Part shown: one piece after another, positions 20,178-30,305 of the stretch
Layout of the letters: the number at the start of each line of letters is the position of its first letter
Position numbering within the stretch: position 1 is the stretch's first letter
Assembly (NCBI GenBank): GCA_964581895.1
Contig: CAZOPR010000002.1
Location: forward strand, 254,185-318,184
Length of the DNA: 64,000 bases
Source of the DNA: an uncultured Brachyspira sp.
Lineage (GTDB): Bacteria; Spirochaetota; JAAYUW01
Direction of reading: 5' to 3'
Notes under the pieces: model-generated
What the model saw: the letters and a program-made list of their open reading frames with translations, nothing else
What the model was told of the DNA's origin: nothing
Database searches by the model: none
Program-made: the position numbers and the translations under genes

Positions 20178-21236
20178 ATGACAGCAAAACAGATAAGAAC
20201 AATTTTCCTTCTTTTGCTTATATTAATACTTTTTGTCCTTGTTTTTCTTATTTTCAAGCCTTTTTTAAATATAATTTTATGGGCAACCTTTTTAACATTA
20301 ATAATAAATCCTTTATATAGTAAGATTATAAAAAATGTTGCATTTTTATCCAGATCTTCTTTTTTACAAAAGCTTGTAGCAGCTATTTTTTCTTTATTGA
20401 TTATCCTTATAATAGTAATACCGATTTTTTATTTTGTCTATAAATTGTATTTTGAGTTCAAACAGTTTTCAGTATGGATAGATAATTTTATCAAAAATGA
20501 AAATATAATTTCATTTGATAAATTCAATAAGCTTGTGGAACAAATAATTTATAAGGTTTCAGGAATTTCTGTAAAATTTAATATAGTTACTGAATTGACC
20601 AAAATCATAAAGACGCAAAGTTTTGAAATCACTCCAATATTGACTTCAACTATATCTAAAATATTAAATAGCATAGTTGGATTGTTTTTTTTGATAATAA
20701 CGATTTATTTTATGCTTACAGATGGAGAAGTTCTTATCAAATATTTTAAAGATATAATACCAGTAGAAAGTAATTATATCGATAATTTTAGCAGTAAATT
20801 TTATGAGGTGATGAATATAATAATAAAAGGATATTTTATAATAGGCATCTATCAATCTGTAGTCTTTTTTTTGATTTTAATAATATTTAAGTATCCAAAC
20901 CCTTTTCTTTTTTCATTTATGACTTTTATTGCTTCTTTTATTCCTATGCTTGGAGCTACAATTGTATGGTTACCAATAACTTTTATTATTATTGTTACAC
21001 AGGGGGTAACTAAAGGTATTTTATTTGGACTATTATCTGGATTTTTTGTATCAACAGTTGATAATTTTATAAGACCTAAAATTATTTCAAGTAAGATTAA
21101 AATTCACCCACTTCTTTTATTTTTTTCCATTATTGGTGGTATAATTGCCTTCGGATATAATGGTATATTATTAGGTCCTTTATTTTTGGCATTACTTTAT
21201 AGTTCTTTAGAAATAGTCAAATATCAAGAAAATTAG
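20178..21236 (+). CDS. AI-2E family transporter (PerM/UPF0118)
   Basis: Multi-TM protein with characteristic C-terminal GILLGPLFLALL. Confidence 0.65.
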   Translation: MTAKQIRTIFLLLLILILFVLVFLIFKPFLNIILWATFLTLIINPLYSKIIKNVAFLSRSSFLQKLVAAIFSLLIILIIVIPIFYFVYKLYFEFKQFSVWIDNFIKNENIISFDKFNKLVEQIIYKVSGISVKFNIVTELTKIIKTQSFEITPILTSTISKILNSIVGLFFLIITIYFMLTDGEVLIKYFKDIIPVESNYIDNFSSKFYEVMNIIIKGYFIIGIYQSVVFFLILIIFKYPNPFLFSFMTFIASFIPMLGATIVWLPITFIIIVTQGVTKGILFGLLSGFFVSTVDNFIRPKIISSKIKIHPLLLFFSIIGGIIAFGYNGILLGPLFLALLYSSLEIVKYQEN

Positions 21237-21376
21237 ATTATTAAAAAATAAAATTTAATAAGGTTTTAAGCATGGTCTTTTATTTGACCATAATTTAGAT
21301 TATTAAAAATTTTGACATAAGTAAAAATTGGGTGAAATTTTGGTTTTTTATCATATAATAATTATGAGGTAATGTA

Positions 21377-22462
21377 ATGCTTCAAGAAGAGATTTTAACT
21401 TTAAGGAAGTCTGTTTCTATTGGCACTTCAAGTAGATCAGGTGGTTCTGGAATTTTTATTATATTTATTGTAATAGTTGGTGTTCTAATTTTTTTGTTTT
21501 TTTATCTTAGAAATAAAGGGTATTTTTCAAGCTTTTTCAAAACTAAAAGCAAAGAACATAAAATGTTTGAGGAAGCAGCAATTGTAAGAGGTATCCCAAA
21601 GGATACAATTGATGCGATTTTGACAGTAATTGATTTTGTGCCAATAAAATCACCAGTTTTACTTTTTGCTTCAAAGCAGAATTTTGAAACTTTTCTTATA
21701 AAAGCTCTTTCAATATTGAAAAGCAAAGATAAAAATTTAACAAATACAGATTTAACAATGACTAAAAATAAACTATATTCATTACTCTCAAATCTTGATA
21801 ACTATTTTAAAGACTTAAAAAAACAGGTTACATCACGAGAACTAAATGTTGGAAAAAGAGTAAGAATATATATAAATGAACTTGGTTATTTTTTTACAGA
21901 AGTTATAGCTTCTCTTGATAAGGGTTTTGTCGTTAAAAAACCTAAAATTGAAATAGAACCAAAAAGCTGGAAATTGCCAGTTACAGTATATTTTTGGCGA
22001 GAAAATGATGCAGGTTATTCATTTGAATCATATATAGAAGATGAAGTAAATGAGACAACTATCCAAGGATTATTGATAAAACATTCAGATATTTTATTAA
22101 GATACCAAAAAAGAAGATATCTTAGAAAAGAATGCAGGTTTTATGCAACTTACTCTCTGGTAGAGATCGAAATAGATTCATATGGTAAGAAAAATATAAA
22201 GGTCATTCCACCCGAATATGACGGAACTGTTTTTGATATAGGTGGTGGTGGGTTTGCCATTGAAGTTGTTACAAAAATTGCAGTAAAAAAATTGATTAAA
22301 GTTTCTATTTTCATTGGAAGGCAAAATATTAAAGCGATAGCTGAAATTGTAAGATATGAAAAAGTTGGAAATAAATACTATATGCATACAAGGTTTGTTA
22401 AAATTTCGCCATCTGATCAAAACATCATATATGAATTTGTTTATTCAAAAATAATAAAATAG
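21377..22462 (+). CDS. Membrane-anchored PilZ-like domain protein (candidate c-di-GMP receptor)
   Basis: N-terminal TM; C-terminal RxxxR (QKRRYLRKE) followed by DIGGGGFAIE resembling the DxSxxG PilZ motif. Confidence 0.45.
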   Translation: MLQEEILTLRKSVSIGTSSRSGGSGIFIIFIVIVGVLIFLFFYLRNKGYFSSFFKTKSKEHKMFEEAAIVRGIPKDTIDAILTVIDFVPIKSPVLLFASKQNFETFLIKALSILKSKDKNLTNTDLTMTKNKLYSLLSNLDNYFKDLKKQVTSRELNVGKRVRIYINELGYFFTEVIASLDKGFVVKKPKIEIEPKSWKLPVTVYFWRENDAGYSFESYIEDEVNETTIQGLLIKHSDILLRYQKRRYLRKECRFYATYSLVEIEIDSYGKKNIKVIPPEYDGTVFDIGGGGFAIEVVTKIAVKKLIKVSIFIGRQNIKAIAEIVRYEKVGNKYYMHTRFVKISPSDQNIIYEFVYSKIIK

Positions 22463-22489
22463 ACAATCAAATAAAAAATAGGTTGAAAG

Positions 22490-24127
22490 ATGGACAAAAA
22501 AGTAAAAATTTTATACATTGAAGATAATCAATATAATTTACTGCTTGTAAAAAAGATACTTGAAGCTAATAATTTTAGTTTTTTTGAGGCAAAAACAGGG
22601 CTGGAAGGCATAGAGAAAGCCAAAGAAATTCAACCAGATCTTATTTTAATGGATATTAATCTACCAGATCTTTCTGGACTTGATGTTACAACAAAGATCA
22701 GGACTATTCCAAATTTTGAAAAAGTTAAGATTGTTGCAATTACTGCAGAAGTTGGAGAGGGTGGAAGAGAAAAGGCTCTGGCTGCTGGTTGTGATGGTTT
22801 TATACCAAAACCTATAGATTCGACATTCTTAAAACAGATAAATGATTTTATAAGTGGTAAAAATGAAAGACTTGAAAGAGATATTGAGGTTAAATATTTA
22901 AGACAGTATTCCAGGGAACTTATAGATAAACTTCTTGTTAAATATGAAGAACTCGAAAAATCAAATAAAGAACTTGAAAACACTTTGAAGATAATTCAAG
23001 AAGTCAATCAGAAGCTTATTTTATTAAATAAAATGGAAGAGAATTTTGTTGCGATTTCATCTCATGAACTTAGAACTCCAGTTGTTGTTGTAAAAGGTTT
23101 TATTGATTTAATTGCAGACGGTGCTTTTGGTGATTTAAACCCTAAACTTTCTGAAATAATAAAAGTACTTCAGATTAATATTAATAGGTTGATAAAGACA
23201 ATTGAAGATATTACAAATTTTGCGAACTTAAAAGATGGCATTTCTTCAACGACATTGACAGAGGTTGATATTGTTGAATTTTTAAAAGCAATATTTAATG
23301 AATATGCAACTAAGTTTGCAGAAAGAAAATTATCATATAGTTTTGAATCTCATGTAGCAAATCCTATGGTGGCTATTGAAACAACATTATTTTCACAGGC
23401 TATTAATAATCTTATATCGAATGCTATTAAATATACTGCCGATCTTGGCTCTATTACTTTAGGGATTGTAGAAGAAGTTACACAATATAAAATCTATGTT
23501 AGAGATACAGGGATTGGTATAGAAAAACAATATCTTGAAAGGGTTTTTGATAAATTTTTTACTATTCAGGATTCTTCCCACTATTTTTCTGGTGAATATG
23601 AGTTTATGGCTGGGGGTAAAGGACTTGGCCTTTCTATAGTTAAAAACATAGCAAGAATTCATCAAGGAAACACCTGGGCAGAAAGTGAAGGCAAAAATAA
23701 AGGATCAACATTCTATTTTACAATTCCAAAAGATTTGAAAAAAAGGTTACAGGAAAAATCAAATGTTATCAGTTCAGAGAAGAAAATATATGTAATAGGC
23801 TGGAAAGATGCCTTAGATTATATAAATTGCGATTTATATGATGTAGAAATAATGTCTGTATCAGATTTTGTCTTAAAATGTGATGCATTGCCAACATCCT
23901 CTATCATAATAATATATATCGCTGATTCTTCAGAAGAGATAATATATGATATTGTTGGGAGAATAAAAACAAATGATAAGCTAAAAATGGTTCCTATAAT
24001 TGCGATAGATAAATCACTCAATACCCATATGAAAGCAAAGCTTTATACTTTAGGGGTAGAAGAGTATCTTACTGAACCTATAGATAAGGAAAGATTTAAT
24101 TCGGCTTTTCAGATTTTTTCTGTTTGA
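22490..24127 (+). CDS. Response-regulator receiver / histidine kinase hybrid with C-terminal receiver-like extension
   Basis: REC (ILYIED...LILMDINLPDLSG...KP), HisKA H-box ISSHELRTP, HATPase GGKGLGLSIVKNIA. Confidence 0.8.
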   Translation: MDKKVKILYIEDNQYNLLLVKKILEANNFSFFEAKTGLEGIEKAKEIQPDLILMDINLPDLSGLDVTTKIRTIPNFEKVKIVAITAEVGEGGREKALAAGCDGFIPKPIDSTFLKQINDFISGKNERLERDIEVKYLRQYSRELIDKLLVKYEELEKSNKELENTLKIIQEVNQKLILLNKMEENFVAISSHELRTPVVVVKGFIDLIADGAFGDLNPKLSEIIKVLQININRLIKTIEDITNFANLKDGISSTTLTEVDIVEFLKAIFNEYATKFAERKLSYSFESHVANPMVAIETTLFSQAINNLISNAIKYTADLGSITLGIVEEVTQYKIYVRDTGIGIEKQYLERVFDKFFTIQDSSHYFSGEYEFMAGGKGLGLSIVKNIARIHQGNTWAESEGKNKGSTFYFTIPKDLKKRLQEKSNVISSEKKIYVIGWKDALDYINCDLYDVEIMSVSDFVLKCDALPTSSIIIIYIADSSEEIIYDIVGRIKTNDKLKMVPIIAIDKSLNTHMKAKLYTLGVEEYLTEPIDKERFNSAFQIFSV

Positions 24128-24134
24128 AAATAAG

Positions 24135-25130
24135 TTACAATGTCTGAAAAACATGAAATTCTTTTTTTAGTTCTAATAGATCTTCTATTGTCAATATCTT
24201 CAATATTTTTTCTTTAATTTTATTTGCAAAAGGGATTTTTTTTGAAAGAGTAAAAAGAATTTTTCTGCTTTCAACTATCGAACTTCTTAAAAATTTTGAA
24301 TATCTATCTTCATTTTTATTTTTATTATTTTTAGCTGAATAAAAGTCAAGATAGATCAAAAGGTTATCAATATAATCAATACAATTGTTGATTTTTTGAA
24401 TTTTATCAGTCACAAAAAATTTACCTGTTCTTAAAAAGTCATTTATCTGCTTAAAAATTGAAGGATCCGATAGTGCTGCTCTTCCTATCATTATTCCACT
24501 ACATTCATATTTATCTAAAACTTCTTTTGCAAAATAAGGATCACTTATATCTCCGTTAAGTATTATTTTAGTCTTATAGTTTTTTATAAAATCTGCATAT
24601 TGATACAAAGCCTTCCCTGAAAAAAGCATTTGAGCTGTCCTCATATGGATAGTTATAAAAGCTAATTTTGCATCTTTTATAGAATCAAGAATTTCCACAA
24701 TCTGTGGCTTTGTAAAACCTAATCTTATTTTTACACTAACCTTATATGGGAATCTATTTGAAATCTCATATATTTTTTTTGAGAATCTATCGATATCTTT
24801 AAGCCAAAAAGAGCCTCCGCCAGCCTTTATAACCTTTTTTGCAGGGCATCCAGAGTTTATATCTATATTATCACAAAATTTTAATGCTATTTCACCAGCT
24901 TTTATAAAATCATCATCTACAGAGCCAAAAAGTTGAATGGTAAATTTATAATCTATATTTAAAAATGGTAGTTCAAAATCTTCTTTAAAAAATATTTCTC
25001 TAACATGAATCATTTCTGAAAATATTCGTGATGCACCAAATTTTGAAAATAATCTTCTTAATGGCCAATTGGTATATCCAGCAATAGGAGCAGAGATAAT
25101 ATTTTCATATTTATTGTTAGATAAAATCAT
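24135..25130 (-). CDS. tRNA-dihydrouridine synthase (Dus family)
   Basis: SAPIAGYTNWPLRRL...SEM N-terminus, NSGCPAKKV catalytic Cys region, TIHMRT. Confidence 0.75.
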   Translation of the reverse strand: MILSNNKYENIISAPIAGYTNWPLRRLFSKFGASRIFSEMIHVREIFFKEDFELPFLNIDYKFTIQLFGSVDDDFIKAGEIALKFCDNIDINSGCPAKKVIKAGGGSFWLKDIDRFSKKIYEISNRFPYKVSVKIRLGFTKPQIVEILDSIKDAKLAFITIHMRTAQMLFSGKALYQYADFIKNYKTKIILNGDISDPYFAKEVLDKYECSGIMIGRAALSDPSIFKQINDFLRTGKFFVTDKIQKINNCIDYIDNLLIYLDFYSAKNNKNKNEDRYSKFLRSSIVESRKILFTLSKKIPFANKIKEKILKILTIEDLLELKKEFHVFQTL

Positions 25131-26011
25131 AAGTTATATGCTTTCTCAAAATTTCTATTAATTAATTGGGTAAAAGCACTTAAATCTATTTTTAGTAAAT
25201 TTGCCATAAATTTATAGGTTTCTATTATATACCATGGCATATTATCTTTCCCTCTATATGGAATAGGTGCTAAAAATGGCGAATCTGTTTCGACAAGTAG
25301 CTTTTCCTCTGGTAAAATAACTAAAGATTCTCTTAAAAACTCCATTTTTTTGTAGGCAACATTTCCAGCAAATGAAAAATAGCAGTTATCGAAAGTTTCC
25401 AAAATCTTTTCCGCTACTTTTTTATCACCACTAAAGCAGTGAAATATAATCTGCTTTTTTAAGTTAAAATTTCTTAAAATATCAATGGCATCATCAAATG
25501 CATCTCTTATATGTAACATAACTGGTAGTTGAACAAGATTTGAAAGATTGAGCTGGTTTTCAAAAGAAGCTATCTGCTCTTTTTTATCAAAAAATTTATG
25601 AAAATAATCAAGACCAATTTCTCCAATAGCAATAATTTTTTTTTCTTTTATATAATCATTTAAATTTTTATCATTAAAGGAAATTGAATTAAAAAATCTT
25701 AATAACTTTTCAAAAGAAAAATTTTCTTCGCAAAGGTCATTTGGAGAAGCTCCGAAAGTAAAATAGATTTTTGGGATTTTTTTTTCAAATTCTTTGTCAT
25801 AAATAATACTTAAAAATTTCGGGAAATAATCATTAAAATCTTTTAATGAAGCACTAACCTGGACAATTTTTGAAATTTGAAATGAAGTTGCATTTTGCAA
25901 AATATTATTTATATTTATATAAGAACTATTGATTAGGTCTATATGGCAATGCGAGTCTATATACATATTTATATTTTCCTGCTGTAAGGTATTGTAAAAA
26001 TAAAATTTCAT
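25127..26011 (-). CDS. TatD-family metal-dependent hydrolase
   Basis: N-terminal MYIDSHCHIDL; ATGA overlap with downstream gene. Confidence 0.8.
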   Translation of the reverse strand: MKFYFYNTLQQENINMYIDSHCHIDLINSSYININNILQNATSFQISKIVQVSASLKDFNDYFPKFLSIIYDKEFEKKIPKIYFTFGASPNDLCEENFSFEKLLRFFNSISFNDKNLNDYIKEKKIIAIGEIGLDYFHKFFDKKEQIASFENQLNLSNLVQLPVMLHIRDAFDDAIDILRNFNLKKQIIFHCFSGDKKVAEKILETFDNCYFSFAGNVAYKKMEFLRESLVILPEEKLLVETDSPFLAPIPYRGKDNMPWYIIETYKFMANLLKIDLSAFTQLINRNFEKAYNL

Positions 26012-26431
26012 AAAAAAATATTAAAATAGTAGGTAAAACTTATATTTATTTTATCAAAAGTAAAGGAGGATTATTTTATAAAGATTATTTTTTATAATTA
26101 TTATTTTTAGGAAAAAGATTATTTTAGAAAAAAGTTTAAAAAAATAATTTTTTATGTATTTTTAGTTGCATATTCTATAAAAATATTTTACTGTTAATCT
26201 GGTTTTTGTTTTATTTTTTTATGGCAATAAAAGGTTTTTATGATTTTAAGAATTAAAATTTTAAAAATATGTTAAAAATAAAGGAATATAAGGTAGAAAT
26301 TTAAATAATGAAAGCTAAAAGTAAAATTTTATAAAGAAACTTAAAATAAAAAAATAAAAAATATAAGTAAGATATTGTAGATAAAAGTTTATTTAAGAAA
26401 AGAGAAGGCAAATTTAAAATAAGGAAATAGA

Positions 26432-27415
26432 ATGAAAAGTTTTAAGAACTGGGAAAAAAGACTTGCAAGTTCTTTTGAAAAATTTGTTAGAAGAATTTTT
26501 GAGTTTATTTCAACCAAGTGGAAACAATTTATAAAGAAAGGGAATGAAAAAGTAACCCTTATGCTTATACCACATAACCAGAAGAAGATATTCAATGTGC
26601 ATATGTCTATTTTTTCAATAGCTTTTTTTATAATTACTATCTCCTTATTGTTTATAGTTTTCTTTATTTCTATTTCCACCCTATCTTCAACTGTCGACCA
26701 GCTTTCTCACTTTAAACTTCAATATATGAAATATAGGGCAAATTATGATGATATGATTAATCAGATAAACGAAATTTATAATAAGATTGTTGAAGCAAAA
26801 GCAGAAAGTACCAAATTAGCATATTTTTTCCTTGGCCAAAAAAACTGGAATCAAGGTGGGATAGGCGGACCAGATATTGAAAAAGATAAAGTTGCTGACC
26901 CATATGAACAACTTTCTGTTATAAAAGAAGAAACCGAACTTTTTTATATGCTTTTTAAGGAATATAACAGTAGACAACCTTTTTTAAAAGATTTAGCTCA
27001 AACATTGCCTTCAAGGTGGCCATTTGTTGATGGAAGTGGTTCTATAACATCTGGATTTGGTTTTAGAAGACATCCTGTACTTGGAGGAGTAATGTTTCAT
27101 ACTGGTGTTGATATAGCATCCTTTCCAGGTGCTTTGATTTGTGCGACAGCAGATGGTGTTGTCAAATTTTCTGGCTGGCGAGAAGGTTATGGTATCGCAA
27201 TAGTTATAGAGCATCCAAGAGGATTTGAGACACTTTATGGGCATCTTATGATGTCTTTAGTAAGACCAGGAGAAGTTGTGAAAAAAGGACAATCTATTGC
27301 TAAAGAAGGTTCTACAGGTCAGGTAACAGGTCCTCATTTGCATTATGAAGTCAGAATGAATGGGCAATTTATTAATCCAGAGTATTTCTTGCATCTATAC
27401 TTTGATTTATTTTAG
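26432..27415 (+). CDS. M23-family metallopeptidase (LytM-like) with N-terminal TM
   Basis: HTGVDIA...GYG..IVIEH...TLYGHL...GSTGQVTGPHLHYEV. Confidence 0.85.
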   Translation: MKSFKNWEKRLASSFEKFVRRIFEFISTKWKQFIKKGNEKVTLMLIPHNQKKIFNVHMSIFSIAFFIITISLLFIVFFISISTLSSTVDQLSHFKLQYMKYRANYDDMINQINEIYNKIVEAKAESTKLAYFFLGQKNWNQGGIGGPDIEKDKVADPYEQLSVIKEETELFYMLFKEYNSRQPFLKDLAQTLPSRWPFVDGSGSITSGFGFRRHPVLGGVMFHTGVDIASFPGALICATADGVVKFSGWREGYGIAIVIEHPRGFETLYGHLMMSLVRPGEVVKKGQSIAKEGSTGQVTGPHLHYEVRMNGQFINPEYFLHLYFDLF

Positions 27416-27551
27416 TTTATTATTTTTCATAGATAGTAAATTATAGGAAATTTATGATAAAGTTTAGTAATATTTAATTTATATAATAAAAAGGTTAAAA
27501 TTAAAAAGTAAAATTTTTCTTATAGGTGAAAAAATAGTAAGGAGTAGGAAA

Positions 27552-27896
27552 ATGGCTGTAATCGAAAGCGGGACTATCGTTTCTAATATAATTTCAGAAA
27601 GCACAAAACTAAAAGGTGATTTTGAACTTGATAATGTTTTAAGAATAGATGGAGAATTTTCTGGAAATATTAAGTCATCATCGAAGGTTTTAATAGGTGA
27701 AAAAGGAAAAGCTTTTTGCAATATAGAAGCAGATGCCATAGAAATTGGCGGAATATGGGAAGGAAATGCAAAAGCAAAAAGCTTGATAAAAGTGTATTCT
27801 ACAGGTAATGTTAAAGGTTCAATCGAATCTCCCAAGATTATAATAGAAGAAGGAGTTATATTAAACGGTACTGTAAAAGTTTTGAAATCAAAATAA
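27552..27896 (+). CDS. Bactofilin (polymer-forming cytoskeletal protein)
   Basis: 114-aa beta-helical repeat pattern with Gly at regular spacing; GGAG RBS; adjacent to M23 peptidase. Confidence 0.65.
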   Translation: MAVIESGTIVSNIISESTKLKGDFELDNVLRIDGEFSGNIKSSSKVLIGEKGKAFCNIEADAIEIGGIWEGNAKAKSLIKVYSTGNVKGSIESPKIIIEEGVILNGTVKVLKSK

Positions 27897-27945
27897 TTTC
27901 TTTAAAAAGCAGTCTTTGATTAATAATCTTTTATGAAAAATTTTT

Positions 27946-28683
27946 ATGAAAAATTCCAAAAATGGCTTATTTGTAGTTTTTGAAGGTGTAGATAAATCTG
28001 GAAAGACGACTCAATTGAATCTTGTTAAAGAGCAGTTTATAAAAGATGGTCATAAAAACATAGTCATTACTTTTGAACCTGGCGATTCAGTTATAGGAGA
28101 TAAAATAAGACCAATTCTATTAAATGCTAATCTGCATCTTACTAATTTAACAGAATTTTTTTTATTTATTTCAGATAGATTGGAACATACAGTTCAATTT
28201 ATAAATAAAAAACTTGATGAAGGTAGTATCCTAATTGTCGATAGATTTCACTTTTCTACTTTTGCATATCAAGTTTTTCCTGCAATTTATAGAATCAAGA
28301 AAAAAGAATATAAAGATTTTAATGAGTTAAAAAGTTTGAAAACCTTAATAAAAATGGATAAAATATTTGGGGATTTTCTTTTTTCTCTAATAGAGCCAGA
28401 TCTTATTTTTTACTTTTATAATGATAAATATTTTTTAGATAAAAAAATTGGTCATAAATTCAAGTTAGAACAGCAAGATAGATTTGAATCAAGGGGAGAT
28501 GGCTTTTTAAAAAAGGTTATGGTTGGATATGAGAAAAGTTTTTACTATTACAAAAACTTTAAGAAAAAGGTTAGTAGGGTTTCTTTTTCTAACGGTATAG
28601 ATAAAAATAAAAACTTTATTTATAAAAAAATTTATGAATCTCTTGAAGATAAAAATTTAGGGAAAAAAACAAAGTGGAGTTGA
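27946..28683 (+). CDS. tmk: Thymidylate kinase with C-terminal extension
   Basis: P-loop FVVFEGVDKSGKTTQ and DRF motif. Confidence 0.8.
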   Translation: MKNSKNGLFVVFEGVDKSGKTTQLNLVKEQFIKDGHKNIVITFEPGDSVIGDKIRPILLNANLHLTNLTEFFLFISDRLEHTVQFINKKLDEGSILIVDRFHFSTFAYQVFPAIYRIKKKEYKDFNELKSLKTLIKMDKIFGDFLFSLIEPDLIFYFYNDKYFLDKKIGHKFKLEQQDRFESRGDGFLKKVMVGYEKSFYYYKNFKKKVSRVSFSNGIDKNKNFIYKKIYESLEDKNLGKKTKWS

Positions 28684-28687
28684 AATT

Positions 28688-29161
28688 TTGATACCTTCAA
28701 TATACAATATCATTCAGAAGTTTTCAGGAAAAGACCAGAAAAAAAGTGGGAAACTTGAAAGAACAGGTAGCTTAAAAAAAGAGGAGAAAAGTTTTGAACA
28801 GATTCTATTTGAAAAAAGGATAGAAGATATTGTTATTGAATATGAAAACCAGCCACCTGAAAATCTTACCTCCATGATAAATGAAGCTGGGAGAAGATAT
28901 AAAAATTCAAGAAACCAGCAAGATTTAATAAACTATAAAGAATTTCTTGCTTCTTTTATAGTATTGATAGAAAGGAAAGCCTATAAAATAAAGATAATAG
29001 ATAAAAAAAAGGATCTTCTTTCAGAAGATGAACTTGATTATATTATAATAGAGATAGAAAAAAGACTTGTTGCACTTATGGAAAGCTTTTTATCTTCACA
29101 AAGAGAGATTTTTTCATTGATAGACGAGATAGAAGGGTTAATTTTTAAGATAATGGTTTAA
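28688..29161 (+). CDS. Hypothetical protein between tmk and PSP1/RicT-like gene (TTG start)
   Basis: Position corresponds to where YaaR-like or holB genes sit in other bacteria; no motif confirmed. Confidence 0.3.
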   Translation: MIPSIYNIIQKFSGKDQKKSGKLERTGSLKKEEKSFEQILFEKRIEDIVIEYENQPPENLTSMINEAGRRYKNSRNQQDLINYKEFLASFIVLIERKAYKIKIIDKKKDLLSEDELDYIIIEIEKRLVALMESFLSSQREIFSLIDEIEGLIFKIMV

Positions 29162-29273
29162 GCTCGAAAAAGAACAAAAAAAAAGAACTAAAAGAAGAAA
29201 TAAAAAAAATTAAGTAAAGAAATAAAAAAAGATATAAAAAAAAGAAAAAAAAGAAATAAAAATAAGGAATTTT

Positions 29274-30305
29274 ATGTATCTTTATAGATGTAGATTATTA
29301 TATTCAAAAGCGATAATGGATTTCTATTCAAATAGTTTTTTTCAAATTTCACCACAATCTATCGTTAAAGTTGAGACAAAGCACGGGGTTGATCTTGCAA
29401 TATATTTAAATAAATTTGTAAATATTGATGATAAGGATTTTGATGAGATAATAAAATATCAGGCAACATCAGTTGAAGAAAATGTTGAAAGCATAGAAAA
29501 CACACAGGATTTTATCGATGAAGTTTCCGATGAACAGATAATTAACCAGCAGATTATTCAAAATTATACAAATTTAGCAAACAACGAAAAAGTAAGTAGA
29601 AAAAAACAGGTTAAAATAGAAGGGAAATTTTTATCTGCTGCAAGTCCTGATGACTTAAAAATATATAGAGAAAATGAGGTAAAGGCAGAAGAAGCGTTCA
29701 ATGTTTTTAAGCAGGAGATAAAAGAATGCAATCTTGAACACGAGATGAAACCTGTTGGAGTCCATTATTTTCTGGATGGTATGAAAATTCTATTTGATTT
29801 TGTTGCAGATCATAGGATTGACTTTAGAGAACTTGTTAAAAAACTTGCCGCAAGATATAGGAAAAGAATAGAACTTCATCAGATTGGAGTTAGAGATGAA
29901 GCGAGGATGATAGACGGGCTTTTTATTTGTGGGCAGCAGCTATGTTGCAGACGTTTTTTGCAACAACTAACACCAATTTCTATAAAGATGGCAGAGGTTC
30001 AAAATGCTCCTTTAAATACAATGAAAATTTCTGGTTATTGCGGAAGGCTGCTTTGCTGCCTTTCATATGAATCAGACCAATATGAAGAGGCAAAAGAGAA
30101 TCTTCCAGAACTTGGGTCAACAGTTATTTATAATAATGAAAAATATACTGTTTCTGAAGTTAATGTGATCAGGCAATATTTGAAAATAAAGAAAAAAGAA
30201 AGTATGGAATTTGTTTTGCTTAAAAATGAGCCTCTTACCTATGAAAAAGATAACGATGGAAATATAATAATTACAAAATATGAGCTTTATAATATGGCGA
30301 AATAA
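29274..30305 (+). CDS. PSP1 C-terminal domain protein (RicT/YaaT-like)
   Basis: Conserved Cys cluster ICGQQLCCRRF ... GYCGRLLCCLSYE; AAGGAA RBS. Confidence 0.6.
   Translation: MYLYRCRLLYSKAIMDFYSNSFFQISPQSIVKVETKHGVDLAIYLNKFVNIDDKDFDEIIKYQATSVEENVESIENTQDFIDEVSDEQIINQQIIQNYTNLANNEKVSRKKQVKIEGKFLSAASPDDLKIYRENEVKAEEAFNVFKQEIKECNLEHEMKPVGVHYFLDGMKILFDFVADHRIDFRELVKKLAARYRKRIELHQIGVRDEARMIDGLFICGQQLCCRRFLQQLTPISIKMAEVQNAPLNTMKISGYCGRLLCCLSYESDQYEEAKENLPELGSTVIYNNEKYTVSEVNVIRQYLKIKKKESMEFVLLKNEPLTYEKDNDGNIIITKYELYNMAK

Noticed and set aside
21323-21337. 15-mer aaaaattgggtgaaa shared with the terminator stem at 32730-32744
   Set aside because: Single short match without a complementary arm at the first site; plausibly chance in an AT-rich sequence.
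26012-26431. 420-bp divergent intergenic region as a possible ncRNA or riboswitch
   Set aside because: Uniformly AT-rich with no recognisable conserved structure; more likely divergent promoters for the TatD-family and M23 peptidase genes.
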